Assembly (NCBI GenBank): GCA_947466965.1
Contig: CANIFU010000001.1
Span: 61,885-125,884, forward strand
Direction of reading: 5' to 3'
Length of the DNA: 64,000 nt
Source: Bacteroidota bacterium
GTDB lineage: Bacteria; Bacteroidota; Bacteroidia; 2-12-FULL-35-15
Positions 1 through 9,578 of this stretch are shown in pieces. A program made the position numbers and the translations under genes. The notes under the pieces were generated by a model. The model ran no database searches. It was not told the origin of the DNA and worked only from the letters and a program-made list of their open reading frames with translations. Every line of letters begins with the position of its first letter. The stretch's first letter is position 1.

Positions 1-633
1 TTTGGCGGAGAAGATATAGATAAAAAAGTAAGGGTTTTAAGTGGTGGAGAACGCGGTCGTTTGGCTTTGTGTAAATTATTACTTCAGCCATATAATTTAT
101 TAGTGTTGGATGAACCAACCAATCACTTAGATATTCGGAGTAAAGAAGTTTTGAAAAAGGCAATTCTTGCTTATGAAGGAACTGCTATAATTGTTTCTCA
201 TGATAGAGATTTTCTTGCGGATCTTACAGAAAAAATGTATGAATTCCGAAACGGGGAAGTGAGAGAACATTTAGGCGGAATAGGTGAGTTTATGGAAAAG
301 CTTAAGATGTATCGTTTAACAGAAATGAATACTAAAAGTCCTTTTTTAAAAGCGAAGATAGACATGAAGGAGGAAAAACCGAAAGTAGATACTCAGTTGG
401 ATGAACGTTTAAAAGAAGTGAAATTTCTCAATTCTCAAATTGCAAAATCAGAAAAAGAGATCGAACGATTAGAGGCTGAAATTAAATTGTTTGACGATAA
501 ACTATCTGATCCTTCACAATACCAAGCGGTAGTGAATGATAAGGAAGCCTTTGCAAAATACGAAGCGCTAAAAAAACAACTGGAAACTGAAATGCAGAAT
601 TGGGAAGCATTGCAGGCTAAATTAGAAAATTAA
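1..633 (+). CDS. ABC-F family ATPase, C-terminal part (5' end lies outside the window)
   Basis: Frame 1 is open from base 1. It reads ...LSGGERGRLALCKLLLQPYNLLVLDEPTNHLD (ABC signature plus Walker B), then SHDRDFL, then a K/E-rich coiled-coil tail typical of ABC-F proteins. Confidence 0.85.
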   Translation, partial: FGGEDIDKKVRVLSGGERGRLALCKLLLQPYNLLVLDEPTNHLDIRSKEVLKKAILAYEGTAIIVSHDRDFLADLTEKMYEFRNGEVREHLGGIGEFMEKLKMYRLTEMNTKSPFLKAKIDMKEEKPKVDTQLDERLKEVKFLNSQIAKSEKEIERLEAEIKLFDDKLSDPSQYQAVVNDKEAFAKYEALKKQLETEMQNWEALQAKLEN

Positions 634-638
634 ATTTT

Positions 639-1502
639 CTACTGTTGTGTTTTAGTCATTGATTCCGGAGTACAGATAATAATGTCTGCCAAGCCAATCG
701 ATTCTTTTGCTAGCGTATCAAAAGCCATTTGTTCCGTTGAACCGATCGTAAAAACTTTCAAATTTGGATTTTCTTGTTTTAGGTACCATTCAATTCCTTG
801 GTGGTGATTGCTATGATATGATCCGTTATAGTGCAATACAACTTTTCCTTTGGTCCAGTTTTTTAAAATAAAATAAGCCATTGTAGCATCTTTGATTGCT
901 TGTGATTTTGGTAGGTTTTCGCCACCATGTCCTCCTGCCGATTCGTAGATATCTTTATAGCATTGTAAATTAGCATCGTATTTCATCGGTAAAGGGCAGA
1001 TCCATTTCTTTGCATCAGTATCTATGCTGTCCAGCTTATTTAAGCCGTATGAATAAACCATGTTCGCATATCTTCTAGGAATATTTGTAGCAATAAAATA
1101 CAAATGATTCACCTTCGCAAAATCTAGTAGAGGTTTATAGTCTGTTTTGTAATTTCCCCATAGTTTCACTTCGTCTTTTAAGGTTTTGTCAGATATTTTC
1201 GCATGTAAGTATTCTGTTAAAGCAATTTGATCGTCCGCCTCAAACATTTCAGCACCTATAATAAGATTTGACTTTTTCGCTTCAAATAAATCTTTCGTTA
1301 GCTCCAGTTGAAGCCAATGTCCAATCGGATTATCATGCAGTTCTCCAAACAAAATAATATCGGCTTCTTTTGCCTTTATAAGCAATTGATCATAGGTTGT
1401 AACGTTCCCTTTTATGTCAAATAGCTGGTAAGCCATTTTGTCTGATTTGAATGATAAAATGCTGATTGTAATTAAGATTGCGGAAAAAAATTTTGTTTTC
1501 AT
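639..1502 (-). CDS. ChaN-family (Tiki/haem-binding-uptake superfamily) secreted protein
   Basis: N-terminal signal peptide. ILFGELHDNPIGHW matches the GExH motif and overall layout of ChaN-like proteins. Confidence 0.65.
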   Translation of the reverse strand: MKTKFFSAILITISILSFKSDKMAYQLFDIKGNVTTYDQLLIKAKEADIILFGELHDNPIGHWLQLELTKDLFEAKKSNLIIGAEMFEADDQIALTEYLHAKISDKTLKDEVKLWGNYKTDYKPLLDFAKVNHLYFIATNIPRRYANMVYSYGLNKLDSIDTDAKKWICPLPMKYDANLQCYKDIYESAGGHGGENLPKSQAIKDATMAYFILKNWTKGKVVLHYNGSYHSNHHQGIEWYLKQENPNLKVFTIGSTEQMAFDTLAKESIGLADIIICTPESMTKTQQ

Positions 1503-1552
1503 TTCAGTTCTATTTTAATCAAATTTAACCAAAAATGGACCTCATTTTAAAA

Positions 1553-1560
1553 TAAATTTG
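1553..1560 (+). promoter_or_regulatory. Bacteroidota -7 promoter box (TAaaTTTG) upstream of the his leader
   Basis: Exact TAnnTTTG match about 50 nt upstream of the leader ATG at 1610. Confidence 0.4.
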
Positions 1561-1609
1561 TTTTGTAATTAATTAATTAATTAAATTATTATTTATATCT
1601 GTGCAAGAA

Positions 1610-1684
1610 ATGAAAACAATACTATCTATACACCATCATCATACTTTCTCAATAGGTGAGCATGCGATATATTGTGTAATATAA
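1610..1684 (+). CDS. Candidate his-operon leader peptide (24 aa, MKTILSIHHHHTFSIGEHAIYCVI)
   Basis: Short ORF with four consecutive His codons (CAC CAT CAT CAT, 1631-1642) and a fifth His at 1661. It lies directly upstream of a terminator hairpin and a hisG homolog. Confidence 0.55.
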   Translation: MKTILSIHHHHTFSIGEHAIYCVI

Positions 1685-1713
1685 CACAGGGTAGTAATAT
1701 CAATATATTCAGA

Positions 1714-1746
1714 GGGCTTACCATTGCGGTAGGTCCTTTTTGTTTT
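1714..1746 (+). terminator. Attenuator / intrinsic terminator of the his leader
   Basis: GGGCTTACC (1714-1722) pairs with GGTAGGTCC (1728-1736), giving 9 bp including 2 G-U pairs and a 5-nt loop, followed by TTTTTGTTTT. GGTGAGC (1655-1661) can alternatively pair with GCTTACC (1716-1722). Confidence 0.6.
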
Positions 1747-1815
1747 ATAGAAAAAGGGTTTAGAAACTATTAAAAAGAGAAATTAAGTACAAATTATTAA
1801 AAATTTGAATAGGAA

Positions 1816-2365
1816 ATGAAATTAAAAATAACAATTCAAAAATCAGGACGATTGAATGAGGATTCAATCAGGATATTAAAAGAAGCCGGTATAGACTTTA
1901 ATTACGGCTTGAATAAATTAAAGGCAGATGCAGTAAACTTTCCATAAGAAGTTTTTTTTCAAAGAGACGATGATATTCCTCAATATGTGCAAGATGGCGT
2001 TGTGGATATTGGTATTGTGGGTGAAAATGTGATGATCGAAAAAAACAAAGAAGTTGAAATTGTAGATCGTCTGGGTTTTGGGAAATGCCGATTGTCCATC
2101 TCGATTCCTAAGAATCAAAAAATATAAAAGTATAAAAGACTTAGATGGAAAGCGGATAGCAACAAGTTATTCAATGGTTATTTCGAAGTGTTTGAAAAAA
2201 AATAAAATCAAAGTTGAAATTCATGAAATTAGCGGATGCGTTGAGTTTACTCCGAGTATAGGTTTAGCAGATTTGTTGTTTCATTATCTAATTCTGCTAT
2301 CGGCAAAGGGGTTTAGTATGAAGGATATCGTTAGAACGCTGGAAAATCGTAATAAATCGTTTTAA
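1816..2365 (+). pseudogene. hisG: ATP phosphoribosyltransferase (hisG) relic with a nonsense codon, a frameshift and a 3' truncation
   Basis: MKLKITIQKSGRLNEDSIRILKEAG...NFP*EVFFQRDDDIPQYVQDGVVDIGIVGEN...GFGKCRLSISIPKNQK continues in the +1 frame as YKSIKDLDGKRIATSY...KVEIHEISGCVEFTPSIGLAD. There is an in-frame TAA at 1945-1947 and a frame change in the A6 run at 2117-2122. HisG similarity stops near 2275. Confidence 0.8.
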
Positions 2366-2504
2366 AACATGAATACATCTTCTAATTTTTAGTTTATTTT
2401 TGGATAAATATCTCTTTTTACCCCATAGATTTAATTAATTTCCTTATAATTGATAAAATTTTGTAGGTGTAAACGATCTATTCAAAAATAAGCTTAATTA
2501 TTTT

Positions 2505-3083
2505 ATGGATTTAAATAAGAGCGGTTCTGTTGAAGAAAGCATTTTCACAAATAAAGTGAATGGTATCATAACTGCTTTTAATCGTTCAGAAAAAAAAATA
2601 ATTGTTAATCATACAGGAGAGCTTGATCAGGATAAGGTAAATACCATTGCTACAGTTGTTGAAACGCAAATGGAATACCTTGGAGTCAGTAAGGGTGCGA
2701 TCAAGAAAATTTTCAATATTGTAATCGAAACACTTCAAAATATTTGTATTCACGGCGAGAATGATAATAATGGATATCAAATGACTTATTTCATTATTGG
2801 GAAGCACCTGAACGAGTTTTCAATTTTTTCAGGTAATATTGTTAGTAATACGGTAGCTGAAAAATTAAATAGAAGATTAAATTCGATAAAATCACTAAGT
2901 AATTCAGACCTCAAAAAGCAATATATGGATGTCTTGTCAAATGGTGAATTGTCAGCAAAAGGGGGCGCTGGTTTAGGTTTTTTAACAATAGCGTTGAAAT
3001 CTAATAATAATATAGATTTTGATTTCGAGATGTTAAATAAAGAATATTCTTTGTTTTCAATGCAATTAAAAGTTTTAGGATAA
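2505..3083 (+). CDS. SiaB-like / GHKL-fold Ser/Thr protein kinase (anti-sigma-kinase-like, DUF6272-type)
   Basis: 192 aa with an N-box-like ETLQNICIHGE and a G-box-like KGGAGLGFLTIA, as in RsbW/SpoIIAB/SiaB kinases. Its stop is 1 nt before the DUF1987 gene. Confidence 0.55.
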   Translation: MDLNKSGSVEESIFTNKVNGIITAFNRSEKKIIVNHTGELDQDKVNTIATVVETQMEYLGVSKGAIKKIFNIVIETLQNICIHGENDNNGYQMTYFIIGKHLNEFSIFSGNIVSNTVAEKLNRRLNSIKSLSNSDLKKQYMDVLSNGELSAKGGAGLGFLTIALKSNNNIDFDFEMLNKEYSLFSMQLKVLG

Positions 3084-3084
3084 T

Positions 3085-3465
3085 ATGAAAAGATTAGAAA
3101 TTCCATCTGCAAGGAATACACCACATATCATACTGGATATTGACTCTAAAGAGTTTTTAATTGAAGGGAAATCGTTTCCTGAAGACAGTAGAGAATTCTA
3201 TAACACGGTTATTGAGTGGCTGGATGAATTTAAGGCTTCGAAACCTATTGGTTCCATCAAGGTTTGTTTCAATTTGTTTTATTTAAGTTCCTCTTCTGTA
3301 ATTTCAGTGAAACAGATCTTGTTCAAATTTGTTGAGCTGAATAATGAAGGAGCAACTGTTGTTATAGAATGGTCTTATGATGAAGACGATGATGACATAA
3401 AAAAAACTGGAGAAGAATACCAAAAATTAACCAATTTGAATTTTGAATTTAAGTTAAATAATTAG
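3085..3465 (+). CDS. SiaC-like regulatory phosphoprotein (DUF1987)
   Basis: 126 aa. PHIILD...FLIEGKSFPEDSREFYNTVIEWLDEF...FNLFYLSSSSV is the DUF1987 pattern, with a Ser run at residues 68-71. Confidence 0.6.
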   Translation: MKRLEIPSARNTPHIILDIDSKEFLIEGKSFPEDSREFYNTVIEWLDEFKASKPIGSIKVCFNLFYLSSSSVISVKQILFKFVELNNEGATVVIEWSYDEDDDDIKKTGEEYQKLTNLNFEFKLNN

Positions 3466-3489
3466 TTTTTATAAAGTGTATTTTTAAAT

Positions 3490-3520
3490 CCCTAACTGAA
3501 AATCAGTTGGGTTTTTTTTT
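3490..3520 (+). terminator. Intrinsic terminator after the SiaB/SiaC-like pair
   Basis: CCCTAACTGA-AAA-TCAGTTGGG hairpin (one bulged T) followed by T9. Confidence 0.7.
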
Positions 3521-3601
3521 AATAGAATACTAATAATGATTGATGTAAAATTTTGAGACTATAAATAATATTTTGCATATTTGAAACATAAATCTAATTA
3601 A

Positions 3602-4876
3602 ATGAAGAATAGTTTTTGTCTTATCGTTTTATTCTGCACCGCTTTTATTGTGAACGGACAGACAACAAACGTTTTATTTATTGGTAACAGTTATACTTTC
3701 GTTAATAATTTACCACAAACGCTTGCAGATATTGCACTTTCTAAAGGTGATTCATTGGTTTATGACATGAACACTCCGGGTGGATATACTTTTAATTTAC
3801 ATACAACGAATACAACAACATTAAGTAAAATAAATTCACAGCCTTGGGATTTTGTAGTACTTCAGGAGCAAAGTCAGTTGCCATCATTTGATCCAATTCA
3901 GGTAGCTACTGATGTATTCCCATTTGCTCGTCATTTGGATAGTTTAATACTTGAAAATGATAGTTGTACTGAAACCGTTTTTTATATGACTTGGGGTAGG
4001 AAGAACGGTGATCTAAGCAATTGCTCAGTTTATCCTCCTGTTTGTACTTATAGCGGAATGCAGCAACGACTCAGAGAAAGTTATCTTGAGATGGCTCAGA
4101 ATAATCACGCAAGTGTTTCCCCAGTCGGTATCGCTTGGAAATATATTGTAGATAATTATCCAGCAATAAATTTATATCAGACAGATGAAAGTCATCCAAG
4201 TGTTCATGGTACTTATCTGGCGGCATGTGTTTTTTACTCCACATTATTCCACAAAAGTGCTATAGGTTCTAGTTATCTTTTGCCAGGAATTTCACCTTCA
4301 GATGGGTTGATTTTACAAACGATAGGAAGTTTAACCGTTTTGGATAGCCTTTCTATGTGGCAAAGTAATGGCGATATTCCAATTGCAGATTTCTCTTTTC
4401 TAGCATCAGGAAACATCGTTCAGTTTAATAATGCATCTCAAAATGCAACTGCTTATAATTGGGATTTTGGTGATGGTAGTGTTTCCATGCAATCGGACCC
4501 TCAACATGTTTATGGTTCAAATGGACAATATATTGTAACGCTTACAAGCTCAACTTTATGTTCAAGTATTTCCATAGTTGATACAATTACCATTACAACT
4601 GCCGATATTCATGGAAATGGAACTAAATTTTATATTGATATTTACCCAAATCCGATTGAAAACGAACTTTTTGTGGATTTTAATAATTATATTTTTGAAA
4701 ACATTGAATTAGAATTGTATAATTCAAATGGGCAGTTGATTTTGAAAACAAAACATGAAGCCTCCTCCTCATTAAGAGAGAATTTTGAATGTGTTGCTCC
4801 TGGCTTATACTTAGTTGTTTTGTATACTGATGGAAATCGAATTCTGAATAAAAAAATAATTGTAAAGGCTAAATAA
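3602..4876 (+). CDS. Secreted SGNH-like (DUF4886-type) protein with a PKD domain and a T9SS type A C-terminal sorting domain
   Basis: Signal peptide, then LFIGNSYTF near the N-terminus. PKD signature WDFGDGS...HVY...G.Y.V.L. C-terminal YPNPIENELFV...GLYLVVLYTDGNRILNKKIIV resembles a Por secretion tail. Confidence 0.8.
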   Translation: MKNSFCLIVLFCTAFIVNGQTTNVLFIGNSYTFVNNLPQTLADIALSKGDSLVYDMNTPGGYTFNLHTTNTTTLSKINSQPWDFVVLQEQSQLPSFDPIQVATDVFPFARHLDSLILENDSCTETVFYMTWGRKNGDLSNCSVYPPVCTYSGMQQRLRESYLEMAQNNHASVSPVGIAWKYIVDNYPAINLYQTDESHPSVHGTYLAACVFYSTLFHKSAIGSSYLLPGISPSDGLILQTIGSLTVLDSLSMWQSNGDIPIADFSFLASGNIVQFNNASQNATAYNWDFGDGSVSMQSDPQHVYGSNGQYIVTLTSSTLCSSISIVDTITITTADIHGNGTKFYIDIYPNPIENELFVDFNNYIFENIELELYNSNGQLILKTKHEASSSLRENFECVAPGLYLVVLYTDGNRILNKKIIVKAK

Positions 4877-5014
4877 GTATACTAGTCAAATTGTTTTTTG
4901 GAAATGCTATTTGATAATTATTTGAGACCGATTTTTACAATTACAAATAATTTATAAAATGGTGAAAATAATTTCCAATATTAAATATTGGTTTGGCTTT
5001 TATCAGAAATGGTT

Positions 5015-5896
5015 CTATCCACTGTATCCGAATCGTTTTAATTGGATATCACTATCCCGCCAATCTTTGTTGACCTTCACAAACAATTCTAGAAAAACTT
5101 GTTTTTGGAAAAACTCTTCTAGATCTTTTCTTGCTTCAGTGCCTACTTTTTTCAATGCTTTTCCCTGATGTCCGATAATTATTCCTTTTTGAGAATCCCT
5201 AACCACAAGTATTTCGGCTCTTATTTTGATAATTTTCTCTTCATCCTTATATGACTCAACCACCACTTCAACAGAGTAAGGTATTTCTTTTTTATAGTTG
5301 GTTAAGATTTTTTCTCGAATAATTTCCGAAACAAAGAATTTTTCTGGTTTATCCGTTAGCTGGTCTTTATCATAGTATCCCGGACTTTCAGGAAGAAGCG
5401 CCAGGATCCTGTCAAAAACATAGGTAACATTAAATTTTTCTAATGCTGAAACAGGAATAACTTCAGCATTTGGAACTTCATTTTTCCAATATTGGACCTT
5501 TTCTTCAAGTTGATCTTGCTTGGACAGGTCAATTTTGTTAACGAGTAATAATATTTTTGCACTCGTGTTTTTGATCTTATTGAGAATTTTTTCTTCAATT
5601 TTTATATCTTCAAAAATATCTGTAACAAATAGAATGATGTCGGCATCAGTAAGTGCTGTATGCACAAAATCCATCATGGATTCTTGCAATTTGTAGTTTG
5701 GTTTTAAAACCCCAGGGGTGTCAGAATAAACAATCTGAAAATCCTCACCGTTCACAATTCCCATAATACGATGGCGGGTGGTTTGTGCTTTAGATGTAAT
5801 GATAGATAGGCGTTCACCAACTAATACATTCATTAATGTAGATTTCCCAACATTTGGAGAACCAATGATGTTTACGAAGCCTGATTTATGTGCCAT
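5015..5896 (-). CDS. era: GTPase Era
   Basis: [21 protein letters not shown] (G1), DTPG (G3), NKID (G4) and a C-terminal KH domain. The start is placed at the internal ATG at 5896 because the upstream 19 codons lack similarity. Confidence 0.93.
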   Translation of the reverse strand: MAHKSGFVNIIGSPNVGKSTLMNVLVGERLSIITSKAQTTRHRIMGIVNGEDFQIVYSDTPGVLKPNYKLQESMMDFVHTALTDADIILFVTDIFEDIKIEEKILNKIKNTSAKILLLVNKIDLSKQDQLEEKVQYWKNEVPNAEVIPVSALEKFNVTYVFDRILALLPESPGYYDKDQLTDKPEKFFVSEIIREKILTNYKKEIPYSVEVVVESYKDEEKIIKIRAEILVVRDSQKGIIIGHQGKALKKVGTEARKDLEEFFQKQVFLELFVKVNKDWRDSDIQLKRFGYSG

Positions 5897-5942
5897 TTTA
5901 AAAAATGTTGATAAGATATTTGCACTACAAAGAAACAAAATA

Positions 5943-5950
5943 TATCTTTG
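5943..5950 (+). promoter_or_regulatory. Bacteroidota -7 promoter box (TAtcTTTG) upstream of tRNA-fMet and der
   Basis: Exact TAnnTTTG match about 65 nt upstream of the tRNA. Confidence 0.4.
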
Positions 5951-6015
5951 CACCGCAATTAAAAAAGCTATATGTAGCTTTTCGTTCTTTTAGTAAGTTA
6001 AAAACCAAGATATAT

Positions 6016-6088
<73 letters not shown>

Positions 6089-6096
6089 CTATAAAG

Positions 6097-6126
6097 AAGC
6101 GACTCAGTAATGTGTCGCTTTTTTTA
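6097..6126 (+). terminator. Hairpin and T-run after the tRNA
   Basis: AGCGAC-(10 nt)-GTCGCT followed by TTTTTTT. Confidence 0.55.
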
Positions 6127-6217
6127 TTTAATCATTACGCAAAAAATCAATTATCAATAACGGAACAACCGTTATGTGAAATGAAACTTTACGAATAATT
6201 AAAAACCAGTAAATAAG

Positions 6218-7522
6218 GTGGCAAATATTGTAGCAATAGTAGGACGACCGAATGTCGGTAAATCAACACTTTTCAATCGTTTAACCGATAGCAGGAAAGC
6301 AATAGTTGATTCTGAATCAGGAGTTACTCGTGACAGACATTACGGTAAATCGGAGTGGAATGGTCTAGAGTTTTCTGTAATTGATACTGGAGGATATGTG
6401 AAAGGATCTGAAGATGTTTTTGAAGGAGAGATCCGTAAGCAAGTGCAATTGGCTATTGAAGAAGCCAATGTTATTTTATTTGTTTTAGATGTTGCTGAAG
6501 GAATTACCGATGACGATAAAGTGGTTGCAAACATTTTAAGACGTAGCAAGAAAAAGGTTTTTGTAGTTTCTAATAAGGTTGATAATTTTGTTCGTCAGGG
6601 AATGTCTGGCGAATTTTATGCGTTGGGCTGTGGTGATCCTTATAATATTTCTGCCATTAGTGGAAGTGGCACAGGTGAGTTGTTGGATGAAATAGTAAAA
6701 GTGTTGGATGCTGAAGCCGTGGAAGTGGAGTTGAATATTCCTAAATTTGCTGTCGTTGGTCGTCCAAATGTTGGTAAATCTTCCCTTATTAATACGCTTT
6801 TAGGCATTGAAAGAAATATTGTAACTCCAATAGCAGGAACAACTCGTGATGCTATTAATACCCGTTATACAGCTTTTGGTCACGATTTTTTATTAATCGA
6901 TACAGCTGGTATTCGCAGAAAAACAAAAGTAGAGGAGGATTTGGAATTTTATTCTGTAATGCGTTCTATTCGTGCAATCGAGGATTGTGATGTTTGTTTA
7001 CTTTTAATAGATGCAACGTTAGGATTAGAATCTCAAGACATTAATATTTTTCATCTTGCAGAGAAAAACCGCAAGGGAATTGTGATTGTTGTCAATAAGT
7101 GGGATTTAATTGAAAAGACTACAAATTCAACGAAGGAATACGAAGAAAAGATCAGAGAAAAACTTTCTCCTTTTAAAGATGTTCCAATCATTTTCACTTC
7201 TGCTTTAACAAAGCAGCGTGTTTTAAAAGCTATAGAAGTTGCCGAAAAGGTAAACGCAAATCGTACCAAGTCTATTAAAACACGTGAGCTCAATGATGTT
7301 ATGCTCCCGATTATTGAACATTCTCCTCCTGCTGCTATTAAAGGCAAATATGTGAAAGTGAAATTTATTACTCAATTACCAACACATGCACCTACGTTTG
7401 CATTTTATTGCAACCTACCACAATATGTTACCGAATCCTATATGCGCTTTTTAGAAAATCGATTGCGTGAAAATTTTGACTTTTGCGGAGTGCCCATTCA
7501 ATTGTTTATGAGAAAGAAATAA
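6218..7522 (+). CDS. der: Ribosome-assembly GTPase Der (EngA), GTG start
   Basis: Two tandem GTPase domains ([12 protein letters not shown] and [12 protein letters not shown]) plus a C-terminal KH-like domain. Confidence 0.93.
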   Translation: MANIVAIVGRPNVGKSTLFNRLTDSRKAIVDSESGVTRDRHYGKSEWNGLEFSVIDTGGYVKGSEDVFEGEIRKQVQLAIEEANVILFVLDVAEGITDDDKVVANILRRSKKKVFVVSNKVDNFVRQGMSGEFYALGCGDPYNISAISGSGTGELLDEIVKVLDAEAVEVELNIPKFAVVGRPNVGKSSLINTLLGIERNIVTPIAGTTRDAINTRYTAFGHDFLLIDTAGIRRKTKVEEDLEFYSVMRSIRAIEDCDVCLLLIDATLGLESQDINIFHLAEKNRKGIVIVVNKWDLIEKTTNSTKEYEEKIREKLSPFKDVPIIFTSALTKQRVLKAIEVAEKVNANRTKSIKTRELNDVMLPIIEHSPPAAIKGKYVKVKFITQLPTHAPTFAFYCNLPQYVTESYMRFLENRLRENFDFCGVPIQLFMRKK

Positions 7523-8131
7523 TTATTTCTTTTTTTTGAAATCCAGATCGATTCGTAATTCAATATTTATTAAATGCCTATATTTTTCATCTGTTTCAAA
7601 AGATATTAAATTGGGGCGATACATTCCTGCAACAGAAAAATAGTTGTTAAAACGATATTCAACTCCAATCGATAACCCAAGAGTTTGATCTGTTTTTTTA
7701 TAGCTTTTTATACTATCCAAAGTGCTTTCTACCCGAAAATTATAATTCATGAAATTAAAGCCACTCACAAAATAAAATTCATTAGTAAGAGCTTTGTGAT
7801 AGATCATTTCGAAGTATGAACAACCGATACTTGTCTGAATCTCTTTTGTTGAATATTTGTTTGTGGATATAGGTGACGACAGGTCCTCCGAATTACTAAA
7901 GTTAATAGATAATTTATTTTTTCCTGTTTTGTAATATCCTGAAATGCCTATTCCAAAAAAGCCAAACTTACTGTTAGTTTTCTTTTTATCGTAATCTATG
8001 TATTCATAATAGTTGATCCATGGAAATGAAAATGTTATTCCATATTTTGAATTCTTTGCTTCTGATTGCGTTTGAGCGCGACAAGGAAGCAAAAGTATTA
8101 AAGAAAAATATAGTATAATCAGTGACTTCAT
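7523..8131 (-). CDS. Small outer-membrane beta-barrel protein (porin-family-like)
   Basis: Signal peptide, alternating aromatic/hydrophobic beta-strand pattern, 202 aa. Confidence 0.55.
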   Translation of the reverse strand: MKSLIILYFSLILLLPCRAQTQSEAKNSKYGITFSFPWINYYEYIDYDKKKTNSKFGFFGIGISGYYKTGKNKLSINFSNSEDLSSPISTNKYSTKEIQTSIGCSYFEMIYHKALTNEFYFVSGFNFMNYNFRVESTLDSIKSYKKTDQTLGLSIGVEYRFNNYFSVAGMYRPNLISFETDEKYRHLINIELRIDLDFKKKK

Positions 8132-8171
8132 AGAATAATAAAAATGAAAATCGAAGGTAAGAATTTTGATA

Positions 8172-8213
8172 CAAATAAAAAGCGCCTCATTCTTACAAAT
8201 AGAAAGAGGCGCT
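8172..8213 (-). terminator. metK terminator
   Basis: AGCGCCTC...GAGGCGCT hairpin (8181-8213), followed on the minus strand by TTTTATTTG. Confidence 0.6.
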
Positions 8214-8231
8214 CTTGAATGAATGGTGCAA

Positions 8232-9485
8232 TTATTTAATTTTAAATGCTGCTTTTACTTTTGAAACATAATCTAATTTTTCCCAAGTAAATAATTCAAC
8301 TTTAATATTTTTTATTTTTCCATCAGGTGATTTAAACGTTTTAGTTACAACCTCGTTTTTACGTCCCATATGTCCGTAAGCCGCAGTTTCGCTGTAAATA
8401 GGTGTTCGTAATTTAAAACGTTGCTCAATAAAGTATGGACGCATATCAAATACGCTTTCAACAATTTTTGCAATCTGTCCGTCAGTCATTTTTACTTTTG
8501 CTGTTCCATAAGTATCTATAAAGATACCCATTGGTTGTGCCACACCGATTGCGTATGAAACCTGAACTAATACTTCGTTGCAAATGCCTGCTGCAACAAG
8601 GTTTTTAGCAATATGACGAGTAGCATAAGCAGCAGAGCGATCCACTTTTGAAGGATCTTTTCCTGAAAAAGCTCCACCACCATGAGCGCCTTTTCCACCA
8701 TATGTGTCAACAATAATCTTACGACCTGTTAATCCTGTATCTCCATGAGGTCCACCAATTACAAACTTACCAGTTGGGTTAATATGATAGTTTATTTTGT
8801 TGTTGAATAAATGAGCGTATTTTGGATAGTTCTTTTTAACGCGCGGGATTAATATTTCGATGATATCTTTTTTGATTTTTGCTAACATCTTTGGTTCAGC
8901 ATCAAAATCATCATGTTGTGTAGAAACAACAATTGCATCAATACGAACAGGAACATTATCATCGTTGTATTCTAATGTTACTTGTGATTTTGCATCAGGG
9001 CGTAAATATTTAATTGCTTTGTTTTCTCTTCGCAAAGCAGCCAATTCTAAAAGAATACCATGAGCTAAATCCAATGCTAGGGGCATATAGTTTGCTGTTT
9101 CATTGGTTGCATATCCAAACATCATTCCCTGGTCTCCTGCACCTTGATCTTCTTTTTTCTTTCTGTCAACTCCTTGGTTGATATCAGCAGATTGTTCGTG
9201 AATGGCAGATAAAATACCACAAGAGTTCGCCTCAAACATATACTCTGATTTTGTATACCCGATTTTGCGGATCACTTCACGAGCAATTTCTTGTACATCT
9301 AAATATGCTTTTGATTTAACTTCACCTGCAAGTATTACTTGTCCTGTTGTTACCAATGTTTCACAAGCTACTTTCGACTGAGGGTCGAATGCTAAGAAAT
9401 TATCAATTAATGCGTCAGAAATTTGATCTGCTACTTTATCCGGATGACCTTCCGAAACAGATTCGGATGTAAATAAATATCCCAT
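8232..9485 (-). CDS. metK: S-adenosylmethionine synthetase
   Basis: [39 protein letters not shown] and other canonical MetK motifs along the full length. Confidence 0.97.
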   Translation of the reverse strand: MGYLFTSESVSEGHPDKVADQISDALIDNFLAFDPQSKVACETLVTTGQVILAGEVKSKAYLDVQEIAREVIRKIGYTKSEYMFEANSCGILSAIHEQSADINQGVDRKKKEDQGAGDQGMMFGYATNETANYMPLALDLAHGILLELAALRRENKAIKYLRPDAKSQVTLEYNDDNVPVRIDAIVVSTQHDDFDAEPKMLAKIKKDIIEILIPRVKKNYPKYAHLFNNKINYHINPTGKFVIGGPHGDTGLTGRKIIVDTYGGKGAHGGGAFSGKDPSKVDRSAAYATRHIAKNLVAAGICNEVLVQVSYAIGVAQPMGIFIDTYGTAKVKMTDGQIAKIVESVFDMRPYFIEQRFKLRTPIYSETAAYGHMGRKNEVVTKTFKSPDGKIKNIKVELFTWEKLDYVSKVKAAFKIK

Positions 9486-9578
9486 GTAAATTATTTTGTT
9501 TTTAAAGATTAGTAAGATTTTTAACGAGCGCTAAAGTACAATTTATATGGTAATAAGCGAAACAAATTTTGTTGCTTT

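Noticed and set aside
1918-2365. Track ORFs 1918-2118 (minus strand) and 2078-2365 (plus strand) as independent small genes.
   Set aside because: The plus-strand ORF is simply the frameshifted downstream half of the hisG relic (KDLDGKRIATSY..., HEISG..., IGLAD). The minus-strand ORF is its antisense shadow and has no recognisable features.
2586-3124. Two antisense ORFs (2586-2807 and 2786-3124, minus strand) inside the SiaB-like gene.
   Set aside because: They are low-complexity I/N/F/K-rich translations typical of AT-rich antisense frames. The sense frame carries recognisable kinase motifs.
9486-9578. Possible SAM riboswitch upstream of metK.
   Set aside because: Only about 93 nt of AT-rich spacer is available. 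I could not find the conserved SAM-I/SAM-II helices or GC-rich pairing. An Rfam scan would be needed to be certain.
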